In this document: positions 1-13,632 of the stretch, piece by piece | How the letters are laid out: the number at the start of each line of letters is the position of its first letter | Numbering within the stretch: position 1 is the first letter of the stretch | Assembly: GCA_965203295.1 (NCBI GenBank) | Contig: CBDBCZ010000001.1 | Span: 1 to 64,000, forward strand | Length of the DNA: 64,000 nt | Reading direction: 5' to 3' | Origin: Nitrospirales bacterium | GTDB lineage: Bacteria; Nitrospirota; Nitrospiria; Nitrospirales; UBA8639 | Translations under genes and position numbers: made by a program | Notes under the pieces: generated by a model | Seen by the model: the letters and a program-made list of their open reading frames with translations, nothing else | Databases searched by the model: none | Told to the model about the DNA's origin: nothing

Positions 1-2885
1 TGAATTTGCAAGAAATTTTTTGCAAGATAATGGTACTTTCCCCCTTAATCTTGCATGATTCTTGCACCCTTGCAAGACTAATACCTTCTTGCAAGAATTA
101 CAGGCTACTAGCCATAATTTTCACTGCATCTTGCAAGAGCGATCTTACATGACAATTGGTGATGCATATCGAGTGTAGTGATGTTATAATAATATGCAAT
201 ATTATTGTATCATACCATTATTATAATTATAGTATAATAGATATAATCTCTGCATGTCAGTTACATAACAATATTTCCTGCCAGTATTGCTGTGATGGAG
301 TTCAGCTGGTGGCTGTACAAGTGGTTGGATGAGAAGTGATACTATATTATGAATTTACATTCTGTATACTGTACTAAGTGTTTCAGAGAGTACATGCAGC
401 TACAATGAATATGTGTGACTGATTGATCTGGCCATATATATATATTCCTCGCTGGTAATATATGGGCAACGTGTAGCTGTTTGCTTCCTCACTTGTGGTG
501 CACGGTTGCTGTCCCTTTCAGCTGTAAGTTGATGATAGAAATTGAATATGCTATAGATAGCTAGCGACTTCTCAGCAGTCAAATCTATGTAGACGGCCTG
601 TACGTACTGTACAATGAACAGGCCCACTGCTCACTGTCTATGTGCATATATATTCTTCGAGAAACTGGTTCCTGGTGCATGCTTTAATACCAGCCACACC
701 CACCTATCCGTGGCCCCTCCCATGTACATATATTCTGCGACACTGTACTAGCCTTCGTTCCCAGGCCTCCGCACAGCTTTTGTCGCTTGCAGTACGAGGC
801 TAACACTGTACCTTGTCCAGAAATGCTGTGGAGCTTTACAGAAGTCTGATAAAAACTTAGTGGCGATCAAGAATTCGGGACTGGGGTTGCCGCTTGAAAG
901 CCGTCACCGCCCACGAGCCGATATAGCACGAGCCCAGACATTCGATTGATCACATCGGTGCTAGTTACATCAGTATCTGAAGACTTTCCATAGTGATTAT
1001 CTTCCTGGCCTAGATAGGCTATGAATGAACCGCATCAGCACATAGATACTGTATTCGCGGGACTACTTTCCGGGAAGTAATCTGATTGGCCGAACGCATT
1101 TGAGTGCGCGCGGCCTTAATAGCTTGCAGCTGCAACAGTGGCGGTGCTAGGTAACAGAAAGAGTAAACGAAATGGGGTAGCTTTGAGTCTTGCCTGGAGT
1201 GGGTCGGAGCTCTGTCCCCGAATGAAGTACGGTGGAAGTTATAAAACGGGAGCAGCTACCTCGTCCCTGGGCGAAAGCGTACTACACGGGAGTTATAAAA
1301 GTGTGAAGCTGAAGGACTAAGTCTTGTCTTTTGCAGGTGAGTAGTATCTATGGTAGCACAAGCTGATGCAGGCTTATTTTTTCATACTTGAGTGACGTTA
1401 TTTACATTAATTTTATAGAAATTGAAGAAGTGGACAAAGGGTTGGCCGTGATATGACGATATAGTACATCCTGAGCCCAGTCCGCTTTGGAGAAAAAAAG
1501 CAACAGCAATCAATGAGTCAGCAGCTGAAGATAAATTTCAACAACTGAAGTGACATCAGCCCAGTGTAAAGCTAAAGCAATGAGAAGTGGAGGTGGTGAC
1601 ACTGAAAATGCAACTTCTGATAATGCCAAAAAGGTGCGTAATCGTTCTGATGTGAGTACATGCACGTAGAATGTACATGTGCAAATGCTTGTGCACACAT
1701 GTGTACATTAATACAGTGTAAGGGCCTTGACTACTTAGTTTAGTGAATGACATTGTAATCATAGCTACACTGCTTTGTGCGGTCTGAATGTACATGCATG
1801 TATAATCACCCAAAATGCTGTTGGGTGCATTCTCACAGTTCACTGTGCAGTGATTTAACATACATAATTGTACTGGTGAACCTAAATGATTTCAATGTCC
1901 ATTTTTGAGGCTGCTCATAATCTTACTGTGATTATCACCAATGTATTATGTACATGTAGGTCCCAGCAGCGCTGCTGTGATATGAGCGTCAAAATCGTCA
2001 CCTCATGATCACAAAGAGAAAGAAAATACGCAGAGCCGATTCGATGTCTTTATCCTGTAAGCTGAGACGCACTTCAAGTAAGTCAATTACACTGTGTTAC
2101 ATTTGCATGCTAGACCTATAGTAACTGCTTACATGCACTTGCTAAGCTAACGGAAATATTGTTAAGTTATCATACATTATATCTGTTGTTATCCAGGGCG
2201 ACTGGAGTCAAGATGGCCAGGATCATATAAGGCAACATTACATGTATTCACACAAAACCCACAGATGCATAACATTATATTATAACCACACCTCCACCAC
2301 ATACAGTTACTACAATAGACAGTTTCTTCCATTATTCATGATCGGTACATGTACATAGTTCAAGTGCTGCTGTAAACAAACTCCTTTTAGATGTGTATAC
2401 ACTCTTGTTATTTGATGTATATTCCGATGTATATTATAGCATTCGTTTGTGACTTGTATTATGTCATTCCTGCAAGTTTAATATTTTCTTGCCAGTTTAA
2501 TTAATTGCTGACTTGTTACAATCTTGCAAGACCATTGTAAGGAATCTGACAAATGTCTTGCAAGGGTCTTGCACAAGATCTTGCAGGATTTCCTTGCAAG
2601 ATTTTACACAAGATTCTAATGCCTACCACCTTGCAAGATTCCGTTGCAAGATAAAAAAAGTCTTGCAGGAACTTGCAAGAAACAAAATCTTGCACAAAGT
2701 ACTGTGCAAGATTCATGCAAGACATTATGCAAGATCATGCAAGAAAGTGGCCAAAATCCTTGCAAGATGCAAGATTCTTGCAAAATCCTGGTGAATTTTG
2801 CAAGATGTCAGCAAGATCACTATAAAATCCTGCAAGAAAGCTATGCAAGAACTTTGCAAGACCTTGCAAGGAAACTCTGCATGGG
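1..2885. mobile_element. Non-autonomous CMC/EnSpm-like TIR element, left terminus outside the window
   Basis: Dense TTGCAAGA/TCTTGCAA subterminal arrays at 1-140 and ~2510-2880. Right end is ...CTCTGCATGGG (CCC-type terminus). The interior has only degraded exon-like pieces with stops. Confidence 0.6.
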
Positions 2886-3237
2886 AATGCCGAACTCCAT
2901 GAGTAAGGTCATCCAGCCTTCACTTCTTGATAAAGATATATTCACATGAGAAGTTGCCTCTACCAATAATTATGACAAACTGAAATCCTCCTATAGGATC
3001 ATTACGTGCTCCAAGAAGCAATGTCGTAAAATGTTATTCGGGTGGCTAATGGATGTAAAAATCATTACCTTCGTCACTGGTTAGATATCTAAAGGAACTG
3101 CATGGGACTATATACAGCTGAGCTTATAATCTAAGGGAGGATATGCGTACCTATTTTTACTCAACTTCAGTGTGTGTATAAATGCAGACAGACACTATAA
3201 TTTGTAACATCAGCTACATTATGCAGATGCTACATAC

Positions 3238-3522
3238 CTGTAAACAGGGTGGTAGCAGTCACAGTAGCATCTGCCTTCCCAGCTGGGTTTATGGCTGCAA
3301 CAGTGATGGTATACATGCTAAATGCTTCCAGATCTGGTACCACATAAGATGTAGCTGTGCTGTCAAGAGTCACAGGTGAAGATACTGGGACATTAGGACA
3401 AGTTCCACTATATACGTATGATATGCTATAGTTCTGAACAACATCTTCTGCTGCCTGGCTCCATGTAATCGAGATGGAATCAGTCTGTGGTGTTGGTGTC
3501 ATTATCACAGGAGCAGCAGGCG
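3238..3522 (-). CDS. Fibronectin type III exon
   Basis: PAAPVIMTPTPQTDSISITWSQ...YSISY...YVVPDLEAFSMYTITVAAINPAG; ttttag acceptor, gtatgt donor, 285 nt. Confidence 0.9.
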
Positions 3523-6500
3523 CTAAAACTATGTAATGATAGAAAATATTATTGATAAAATCACATATCAATCAATACATACTGTAGAAGAGAATGCACA
3601 CTAGTTAATTAAGTATTAATTAATACTTGCCTACAGAACCTAATTCTAAAGCTATTTTGATAGCACAAGTCAGTGTCAGTTCAGTTGTAGCAAAGTACAC
3701 ATCACTAGTCACAGTGGAAGAAGGAACTGCAATAGAAGACAAGACATTTTTTCCGTCCATACGTGTGGGTGCATGGTCCTATACACCACAAATGCAGTAT
3801 ATAGGACGACGAGAAATTTGTGCCTACACTAGTAGTGCCAACATAGAACACTGCCTGACAGGGAAACTTAGGCATCAAGTTGGATCAAGTTAGTCGATAA
3901 CCTGCTAAAATGATATAACCGCAAAGGCGGAGGGAGAAATTCCGGCTAGATGCTGTACTCAGACTGCTGAGCAGATGGAGGCTATAGGCTGCAGCACGAC
4001 AGAGAGTGTCATAGGGAGACACGAACTGTTGAGAATAATATGGAGAAGCAGAAGCTAGGCTGCAGCGTGACAGAGAGTATTTAACTCTAAATCTTGTGCT
4101 CTACTATAGCATCTTCAAGCAATATGTATTCGCTCACGCTCGCCCCACAATGCCCTGTATTCACCTAGTCATTTTGGTGCTAGCACTAATTCTACTAGCC
4201 ACATGCCTGCTCTTCAAACGCTGAACCCGATGCAGTTGAAAATACGGTATACTCTTTACTCTACAAGGTAGCAATGCAGGATATTCATACACATTGACAA
4301 CAGACAAGGTGAAAGCTAGAATGCTGGAAAGTGCATGGGGAAGATAAGCAGCATGTGATGATGAAGGAAGCAGGTACAAAAAACTACTGGCGGTTACAAT
4401 TAGAATTAGTACAGCCTCAATAGGCAATTACTTTACAATATGCTTCAGTTAATGTATAATTTTTCATGCACTCTTTCTGTCATTCTTAAAACCCTCGTAC
4501 GATTCACACAAAATCAGGTTTGTACTGTAGCTACTCCAGTTACATTCATGCAGTACTCACGCTTGCAAACTGGTGGTTGTGGTAAAAATTCTGCAGAGTT
4601 GGCATCCACTTCTGTGCATGTTGTGGTTGCACCTCCGATCAATTCAAAGCCTGAATCACAGCTGTAGGTAGCAGTGTCACCAACGGAGGTGGTAGTGAAC
4701 ATCACTGTGCCATTGCTAATGTCAGCTGGAACAGAACACAGTGCTGCAGGCAAGAAAGATGTGAACTGTACGCTCGAGATGAACCAATTATTGACAAGAC
4801 ATTGTATATCACAACAAGATGGATAAGCAATGTATGCATGGCTGTTCTTCTGTAAATCCCCTGTCCTAGTACGATTCACACAAAAACAAGAAGGCATCAG
4901 GAGGATATAAACGACCCTAAATGGAAAGGAGTGTTTAGCTCATGCATATCTGTTGTGTTGTCGAACGACAACTACACCAAAAACTCCATATTTGCATACT
5001 ATTTGTAAGTAGGTGTTAGCTATTATAAGACATTGTGAATATGAGTAGCCATACTAACAGCAGCTGCTGCAAGCCATAAAGACAATCTGGAGTTTTTAGA
5101 GTTTCATTCAATATTGCTAGTTTAACACTTCTCTACAGTGCTCATAGCCTCCTGGTGACGTTCGTGCAGTACTCACGCTTGCAAACTGGTGGTTGTGGTA
5201 AAAATTCTGCAGAGTTTGCATTCACTTCTGTGCATGTTGTGGTTGCACCTCCAATCAATTCAAAGCCTGAATCACAGCTGTAGGTAGCAGTGTCACCAAC
5301 GGAGGTGGTAGTGAACATCACCGTGCCATTGCTAATGTCAGCTGGAACAGAACACAGTGCTGCGGGCAAGAAAGATGTGAACTGTACGCTCGAGATGAAC
5401 CAATTATTGACAAGACATTGTATATCACAACAAGATGGATAAGCAATGTATGCATGGCTGTTCTTCTGTAAATCCCCTGTCCTAGTACGATTCACACAAA
5501 AACAAGAAGGCATCAGGAGGATATAAACGACCCTAAATGGAAAGGAGTGTTTAGCTCATGCATATCTGTTGTGTTGTCGAACGACAACTACACCAAAAAC
5601 TCCTTATTTGCATACTATTTGCAAGTAGGTGTTAGCTATTATAAGACATTGTGAATATGAGTAGCCATACTAACAGCAGCTGCTGCAAGCCATAAAGACA
5701 ATCTGGAGTTTTTAGAGTTTCATTAAATATTGCTAGTTTAACACTTCTCTACAGTGCTCATAGCCTCCTGGTGGCGTTCGTGCAGTACTCACGCTTGCAA
5801 ACTGGTGGTTGTGGTAAAAATTCTGCAGAGTTTGCATCCACTTCTGTGCATGTTGTGGTTGCACCTCCAATCAATTCAAAGCCTGAATCACAGCTGTAGG
5901 TAGCAGTGTCACCAACGGAGGTGGTAGTGAACATCACCGTGCCATTGCTAATGTCAGCTGGAACAGAACACAGTGCTGCAGGCAAGAAAGATGTGAACTG
6001 TACGCTCGAGATGAACCAATTATTGACACGACATTGTATATGACAACAAGATGGATAAGCAATGTATGCATGGCTGTTCTTCTGTAAATCCCCTGTCCTA
6101 GTACGATTCACACAAAAACAAGAAGGCATGAAGCACTCTAGTAGTTACATCAGGTGGATATAAACCACCCTGGAGTGTTTAACTCATGCATATCTGTTGT
6201 GTTGTCGAACGACAACTACTGTCACCAAATACTCCTTATTTGCATACTATTTGCAAGTAGGTGTTAGCTGTTATAAGACATTGTGAATATGAGTAGCCAT
6301 ACTAACAGCAGCTGCTGCAAGCCATAAAGACAATCTGGAGGTTTTAGAGTTTCATTCAATATTGCTAGTTTAACACTTCTCCACAGTGCTCATAACCTAC
6401 AGGTTACATTCGTGCAGTACTCACGCTTGCAAACTGGTGGTTGTGGTAGAAATTCTGCAGAGTTTGCATCCACTTCTGTGCATGTTGTGGTTGCACCTCC

Positions 6501-9500
6501 GATCAATTCAAAGCCTGAATCACAGCTGTAGGTAGCAGTGTCACCGACGGAGGTGGTAGTGAACATCACTGTGCCATTGCTAATGTCAATCGGATTAGAA
6601 CACAGTACTGCAGAACAAGACAAATTTGACCTGTGCACTTAAATACACTGCCGAGTGTAAAGGTGTAAGGGTAAAGAGGGTATATATTTTAAGTAGCAAG
6701 TGAGATAGTAACATCGTCCTGTGCTACTGTACATTCAGTGCACATGTATAGCCTTAGCATTCATAGGCTATTTGTGCAATTTGGCATGGTATTTCAAACA
6801 AATAATCATGTTCCTTCACCAACTTCAGCAATTCCTGACGAGAGGTAAATACACATGCACAACCTGTAAGCTGTATATTGTGGCATGCAATTTCTAGGAA
6901 AAGGTGGTAAAGTAGCCCTTGAAAATGAAAATGTACCTTCGATATCACATGTGTCTCCAGTGAAGCCACTGATACAGATGCACATAAAAGTATCAACTTC
7001 ATCGATGCATGATCCTCCATTTAGACATGGGTCAGGCTCACAGTCATTGATGTTAATATCACACACACCTCCAGTGTAACCAGATGTACACATACAAGCA
7101 AAAGTATTAAGTCCATCAATGCAATTTCCATTTTGGCAGGGGTTAGGATCACAGTCGTCAATATCAATATCACAAACGTCTCCAGTGTAACCAGCAATAC
7201 AGCCACAAGTAAACGAATCACTTCCATCAGTCATGCATGTTCCCCCATTTTGGCAGGGGTTAGGATCACAGGGAACTATTAAAAAAGGAATGAGATGCAG
7301 GTGGTGGGGTAGCAAATGAAATAGTTTTTTGTATTAATGAACACATGTCAAAATAAGCCTATACCTTAGCTATATGAGGTATTTTATGGTACTTTATTAT
7401 TTTTGTGAAGAAAATCGGCACCATATCTTCATGCTATACAAACTAACAATGTAACACATCACTGCTTGACTTTCTAGTATCTTTACACAACACACACAGG
7501 ACTGGAAAAGTTATACCAGCAAGCAAATATAAAAAAAACATCAATTGTAAGTGGAGTTACGACCACAGTCGGTATTATGGTCAACATGTCTTGCTACTGT
7601 GGGTGGATAGTAAAACCCCGGAACGGGGCAGAACAGTTTCATGCACAACTTTGCCAGAGCCGATGATATACCCTAGCCCTAACCCCCCATGGCATTCCAT
7701 GTGTGCAGTTCCATACTGTTGTAGGCAGAGCAGGACAGAATATTCCGTGACCGTTCATGGGTTTTAGTAACCACCCCACTACTGGAGCTGAGGTTATGAA
7801 AATACCAGGAAAACCACATGAAAGATTTCATATCATATTCCAGATATTTTCATTGCTATTGGAATTGAATGCATGCATGAAAAACCCAAGAAAACTTAAC
7901 GTTTCACAGCCCCTACCTTTCAATGAAAATGTGCATAATCCATGAAACATACTCATGAAATACCCATGAAAAGTCGGCATCAATGAAATTGCTGTGAAAA
8001 CTGGTCACTGAAATACCCATGAAACTGGTCCATAATTCATCCTTTAGCGTTATGAATTACCAATGAAAATCTATTAAAAGGCCATGAAAATATCAATGAA
8101 AATTACATGAAATATCCATGGACCGGGGTACTGTAGAAAAACAGCTGTGAATATAATAAAATTATACTTTACAATAAAAGGGACAGAGTTGATAATCCAA
8201 ATACTAACCTCATTCCCAGTTTCCACTCCATAGCTTATTCAAACATTCTAAAAAACAGTATGTGAAAAGAAGATGTGGAATGGTGACTGGGAATGAAGCT
8301 TCCAAATGCAGTAATAGGGAAGATGTGCACTATTTCAATATAGGTTTTTAACTCTCTTATGGATGGCTTCAAGCAATCTTCTTCCAGACTGGAACTCAAC
8401 ATACGTCCAAGATGGCTTTGGGTTCTTGGTGGTGGCCTTGAGTGGACTGTTTGTCTGCACGTGTACACGAACATAGTTAAGGGAAAGAAACTAAGATTCA
8501 GTATAAGGGAAGGTGGACGATTTGACAAAATCAAAGTACCACCACATATCAGACTGACAGCAGTACCACCACAAAGCCCGACAATATTATACTGATATAC
8601 ATTTTGTGTCCCTGTGACCCCTGCTATGTACCTAACTTTGGGTCCCTTCTGACATATCTTTACACTCGGTGCAGAGTATTTGATTATGTAACACACACGC
8701 ACACAATGTCTAAGACACTATGTACATGTATGAAGCATGACTTTCACAAACAACAGTCAACATCACATAGCAAAACTGGAAAGTGACAACACACATGAAA
8801 GTTGCTGAAAGATGGGACATCTTGACAACACACATGAATTACGTACAAACAGTATGAACCTGCCGAAAGATGGGACATCTTGACAGGGTGTTGCCGAAAG
8901 ATGGGACATCTTGACAACACACATGAATTACGTACAAACGGTATGAACCTGCCGAAAGATGGGACATCTTGACAGGGTGTTGCCGAAAGATGGGACATCT
9001 TGACAACACACATGAATTATGTACAAACAGTATGAACCTGCCGAAAGATGGGACATCTTGACAACACACATGAATAATTACGTACAAACAGTATGATCCT
9101 GCCGAAAGATGGGACATCTTGACAGGGTGTTGCCGAAAGATGGGACATCTTGACAACACACATGAATTACGTACAAACAGTATGAACCTGCCGAAAGATG
9201 GGACATCTTGACAGGGTGTTGCCGAAAGATGGGACATCTTGACAACACACATGAATTACGTACAAACAGTATGAACCTGCCGAAAGATGGGACATCTTGA
9301 CAGGGTGTTGCCGAAAGATGGGACATCTTGACAACACACATGAATTACGTACAAACGGTATGATCCTGCCGAAAGATGGGACATCTTGACAGGGTGTTGC
9401 CGAAAGATGGGACATCTTGACAACACACATGAATTACGTACAAACAGTATGAACCTGCCGAAAGATGGGACATCTTGACAGGGTGTTGCCGAAAGATGGG

Positions 9501-11968
9501 ACATCTTAACAACACACATGAATTACGTACAAACAGTATGAACCTGCCGAAAGATGGGACATCTTGACAGGGTGTTGCCGAAAGATGGGACATCTTGACA
9601 ACACACATGAATTACGTACAAACGGTATGATCCTGCCGAAAGATGGGACATCTTGACAACACACATGAATTACGTACAAACAGGATGAACCTGCCGAAAG
9701 ATGGGACATCTTGACGACACACATGAATTACGTACAAACGGTATGAACCTGCCGAAAGATGGGACATCTTGACAGGGTGTTGCCAAAAGATGGGACATCT
9801 TGACAACACACATGAATTACATACAAACGGTATGAACCTGCCGAAAGATGGGACATCTTGACAGGGTGTTGCCGAAAGATGAGACATCTTGACAACACAC
9901 ATGAATAACGGACAAACAGCATGGCAATAAGTCTGGAAAATCTTGACAGGGTGCCACCTAAAGTCTTGATGAAACACATAAATGAGCGAACAGGATGTAG
10001 CTACATCAGTACAGGTAGTAATTTTGCGCACAGCCAAAAGCCTCTAACTTTGGTTTGGCTATTCTCCCTCTTTGTAAATCATAATATCCCACTCCCACTA
10101 AATATTCACCGTAAATAACACTATTTAGCTAGTATTTACATGTATAGGCATGCACGACTCACAGCAGTGGTGGCAGTCACTGACGATTGAAGAATGACAC
10201 GGTTAATCTGTGGACCAGAACGGCTTCGAACTCTTGCTTCACAAAATGATCGCTTAGCAATGTCCACGGTAGTACTAATTTACCAAAACAAGCAATAACG
10301 AATACTGATCAGCAAGATACAACTCCATCGATCTATAGCTAGCTACGCCAGCCTGCCTCGTGTCACAAATTGGGTTTTGTGTGCGCATGCGCAGAGTAAG
10401 GTAAGGCGGGGCTATTTCGACGGCGATAGTTGCGCTTTAATATTATCTCCAGCATATGTGGAGTTTAGCCTGGGCACAAGGCTATGTGGAGTTGGGCGAT
10501 GATTTTATAGTTCAGTATAGTACATGTACAATAGGACAGCTATATGCATAGCGGTTTTTAGCTTCGAAATTTGTATGAAACTGGATTTATAAACGAGCCG
10601 GTACATCAAAGACTATATGTAGCTATATTATACTTGTACAGACTCATGTCCAGATTATACTGGGAGAGATGGCGGTGGGAACTCCTCCAGAGGAAAGAGG
10701 CATGATACGAAAGAGAGTAGCTGCACTGAGACTTGGGAAGTTTCTTCCATAGCACTGCATGAAATTGACCCCGCCCAGCTCAGTAATTCCAGTACACAAC
10801 TCTTTGTTGGGTTTTGGGTTGGTGAAGGTACAGTATTTCCGTGTTATTAAGGTGGCTGTAAAGGAAATGCTACCAGCTTTTCACTTACATGTAGAATCAG
10901 TGATAATGCATACAATGTCATGTATGTAGTTTCACATGCACATCCTTAAGCTTGTAAACACTTGTACGTACGCTATACAGTATATCGGTATCAGTCAACT
11001 CAGGTCAACTGCTGCAGCATATTATTTGTAACCTTGTGATACCTCATATACAATAAGGCATGCTTGACAGTTAGTCAATCTTCATATAATTGACTTCAAG
11101 GAATAGAAAATACATATTCAATTTTCATTGTCATTGATCTTTGAAAACCTCATGATTCAAGTTTTCATTGTGGCATATGCCAAATTTCATATACAACCAT
11201 AGATTCATGGATGAAAATTTTCATTGGCTATTGAGAAAATCATGCATTTTCATTGGCAGGCGACATTTTCATTGTTCAATGAAAAACCCATGACGCAAGT
11301 TTTCATTGGCACACGTCCCTTTTCATGTACTTTACATGACCTTTTCATGTGTATTTCAGTGACCTTACTCCCAGTAGTGCCCCCCACCCTGTGGGGCATA
11401 CTTTAGTGACTTATGTGGACGCTAAATGCTATGTAAACCCTTTTTGAAAGTGCAATGTACAGTCCTGATTCAATTATTTGCATTCTCACACGTGTAATTA
11501 ACTGGCTTCAGTATATCTTGTTGCCGCAGGATTTGAAGTTGCGTAACCAGACCGCTTTTCCCAGAGGGAAAGGTGTGGTCTGGGCACGAGACTAGAGTGT
11601 GTGGCTTTGCAGTACAAGTAGTAGCACGTAATTGACATGGGGACACAAAATAAAGCACACAAAATTTCCTCTCCACGGTTTATGGCGGAGAGATTTTATG
11701 CCCCCCCCCCCCCCCCCCCACAAAATTTCAGGAAGGAAATTTTTGTCACTACCCACACACAATTTCCCCTCCCTGGGTGGGGAAATTTTCCCATTTTGTG
11801 TACTTTTATCTAAGACCTCTATCTCTAATTCTGTAAGGCTTATGCAATTTGTTTATGTTTTTAGCAATTCGAGTATACTCATAACAAACCTTGAGCATCA
11901 GCTTGATGTGTGCCCCACAATAGCAGTAGCAATAGCACTATAGTAGCTGCCAGCCTGGTGCTACTCAT
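3238..11968 (-). CDS. Secreted or cell-surface mosaic protein: signal peptide, 3 EGF, 4 Sushi/CCP, short Ig-like stub, FN3; 3' end not found in the window
   Basis: Exons 11968-11890 (MSSTRLAATIVLLLLLLWGTHQADAQ), 7275-6937, 6607-6425, 5975-5793, 5359-5177, 4743-4561, 3726-3631 (GC donor) and 3522-3238. All junctions are phase 1 and the frame is open throughout. Confidence 0.8.
4561..6607 (-). repeat. Tandem exon+intron duplication (periods 616, 616 and 632 bp) giving four 183-nt Sushi/CCP exons
   Basis: Four copies of LC..P.DISNGTVMFTTTSVGDTATYSCDSGFELIGGATTTC...PPVCK, with near-identical introns. Confidence 0.95.
6937..7275 (-). CDS. Exon with three Notch/fibropellin-type EGF repeats
   Basis: CDPNPCQNGGTC...CGCIAGYTGDVCDIDIDDCDPNPCQNGNC...; 339 nt, phase 1-1. 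Confidence 0.92.
7601..7776. mobile_element. Small MITE-like element
   Basis: Inverted termini GGGTGGATAGTAAAACCC and GGGTTTTAGTAACCACCC (2 mismatches). Confidence 0.45.
7777..11379. mobile_element. Non-autonomous CACTA (EnSpm/CMC) transposon in intron 1 of the EGF-CCP gene
   Basis: Termini CACTACTGGAG... and ...CTCCCAGTAGTG with CC(C) on both flanks. CATGAAA arrays at 7790-8120 are mirrored by TTTCATG/TTTCATT arrays at 11120-11350. Confidence 0.85.
8785..9955. repeat. Compound 89-bp minisatellite inside the CACTA element
   Basis: 24-bp core GCCGAAAGATGGGACATCTTGACA alternating with 7-bp (GGGTGTT) and 34-bp linkers; some 58-bp units lack the short half. Confidence 0.95.
11890..11968 (-). 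CDS. Start/signal-peptide exon of the EGF-CCP-FN3 gene
   Basis: ATG at 11968, Leu-rich h-region, ADA|Q cleavage-like site and a phase-1 donor that joins the EGF exon in frame. A candidate acceptor at 12020-12022 suggests an upstream UTR exon. Confidence 0.75.
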
Positions 11969-13632
11969 TTTCTGTGAAGAATGAGAACAGGTAGAGTGTA
12001 GCCGTGTTGCTCTGTAGGACTGCAAACACAAAACCAATGCAATGGCAAAACTAAGAACCCTATGAGTGGTTCAGAGCCATAAACTATTCTGATTCACTCG
12101 GCACAGATGGCTTTCAAAGGAAAAACATTTGCTGGTTAGATCATCGCCACTTAAAGTCTGGTAAAAATGGTGCCATTACCGGTAATTCAAAAGTTTCCCG
12201 CTATATGCTATTATTGTATTGACACATCTCTCTTTGTAGCATAAACAAGCATGTAGATGTACCTCTGTAACCATAGGTACTAATAATATACTTTGAGAAA
12301 AGTAAATCAGCAGTTAATTATGGAGTATGGTAGTACAGTGTGCATGGATGGCCTGTCACTGGATTTTTGGTCCTGAAAATTTTAGTCCCCCTGCCTAGTA
12401 CGTGGGAAATTGGTCCCCCGAACCAATTTTTTTGGAAACAAATGGTCCGCCTCTGGAAAATGCTCTGGGTACTGGCGGTGTGTATTATTTTTCATGAATG
12501 CCAATCAGGCTGTGCTGGAGTGTCCCATAACACTTACATGTGTTAGCTGGCCTAGCTAAGAAAATTTTAGCCACATATGCAACGCAATTTAAAGCATGCA
12601 AGCAATGGCATGATTACGAGATGGGGTACTAGGTGAGCTTGGTATATGTTACCATAGAGACAGATTTTTCTGAGCTTTATATCTCGCTGAACATAGACAC
12701 ACACGCCATCATATTTAGGCCTACCCCACCTGTGTACCAAGTAGGTTTGATCATGTGTGGCATGCTTCGGGCTCATAGAGCATGCCACCTGTAACCCCAG
12801 GTTACTGAACACATACTTGGACAATAGATGATGGTATACTCATGTATGTTCTGCCCTAAGCCTTGTTTATGATTTATGTATTAGTTGTCGGCTAGTCTAT
12901 GTTTTGTTACACTGCTAAAACTGTGGTGTAAATTTCATACCCTCTGGGTGTGATCATCACCTGAACTGACCTTCATACTGGTGGTATGAAATAATAACGG
13001 ATGACCTTCATACGCCTTAGGCGCGTTCCGCTATTATACTAGTATAATAAACTGGAAGCCACCCACGTGCACATCTTCAATAAGTACGTGACGTCACTGA
13101 AGTGCAGGCGTTGTATGACTGATGCTGTACGGCAAAACAGTACAAGGACTGTTCGAAGCGTTGAGACATAATTTACTACCAGTGGGATAAAGTAGATCGG
13201 CTGCGCCCCAATTTTGGGGGTCCCCATATCGCGCGTACAACCGTACACTATTATCAGTTGTATATAAACGCACACCAAAATATAATATTAGAAAGAGCTA
13301 CCGGAGATCCTGGGTACGAGGCTATATAGAGCTAATAAATTTAAGACCACTGTAGCTCTGACTGCAGCGTATAGTTTTACCCAGATCTTGGCTCCTCCCC
13401 CTTGCAACGTCACCACTGGCAGTCTCGTGCCCAAGCCTCACTTGCCCCGCCCCTTACCGTGGGAACGAGACTGATGGGCTAGGCACGGGTTAGTATTAAG
13501 TATCCTTGGTCCAATCTACAGCTCAGCAGCAGACTCAACAAGTGGCTTCCCTGTAAAAGCTGAAAATGAGGTGTTTGCTTTTAACTGTATGGAGCATGCG
13601 CTCTTTTGTGCGTCTTGCCACGAGGTTAGAGA

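Noticed and set aside
2513..2949. Cys/Lys/Gln-rich ORFs
   Set aside because: Produced by TTGCAAGA subterminal repeats.
8785..9955. CRISPR-like repeat-spacer pattern
   Set aside because: The spacers are two invariant linkers, there are no cas genes and the context is eukaryotic; it is a minisatellite.
8744..10037. Overlapping MCVVKMSHLS ORFs
   Set aside because: Translations of the 89-bp repeat.
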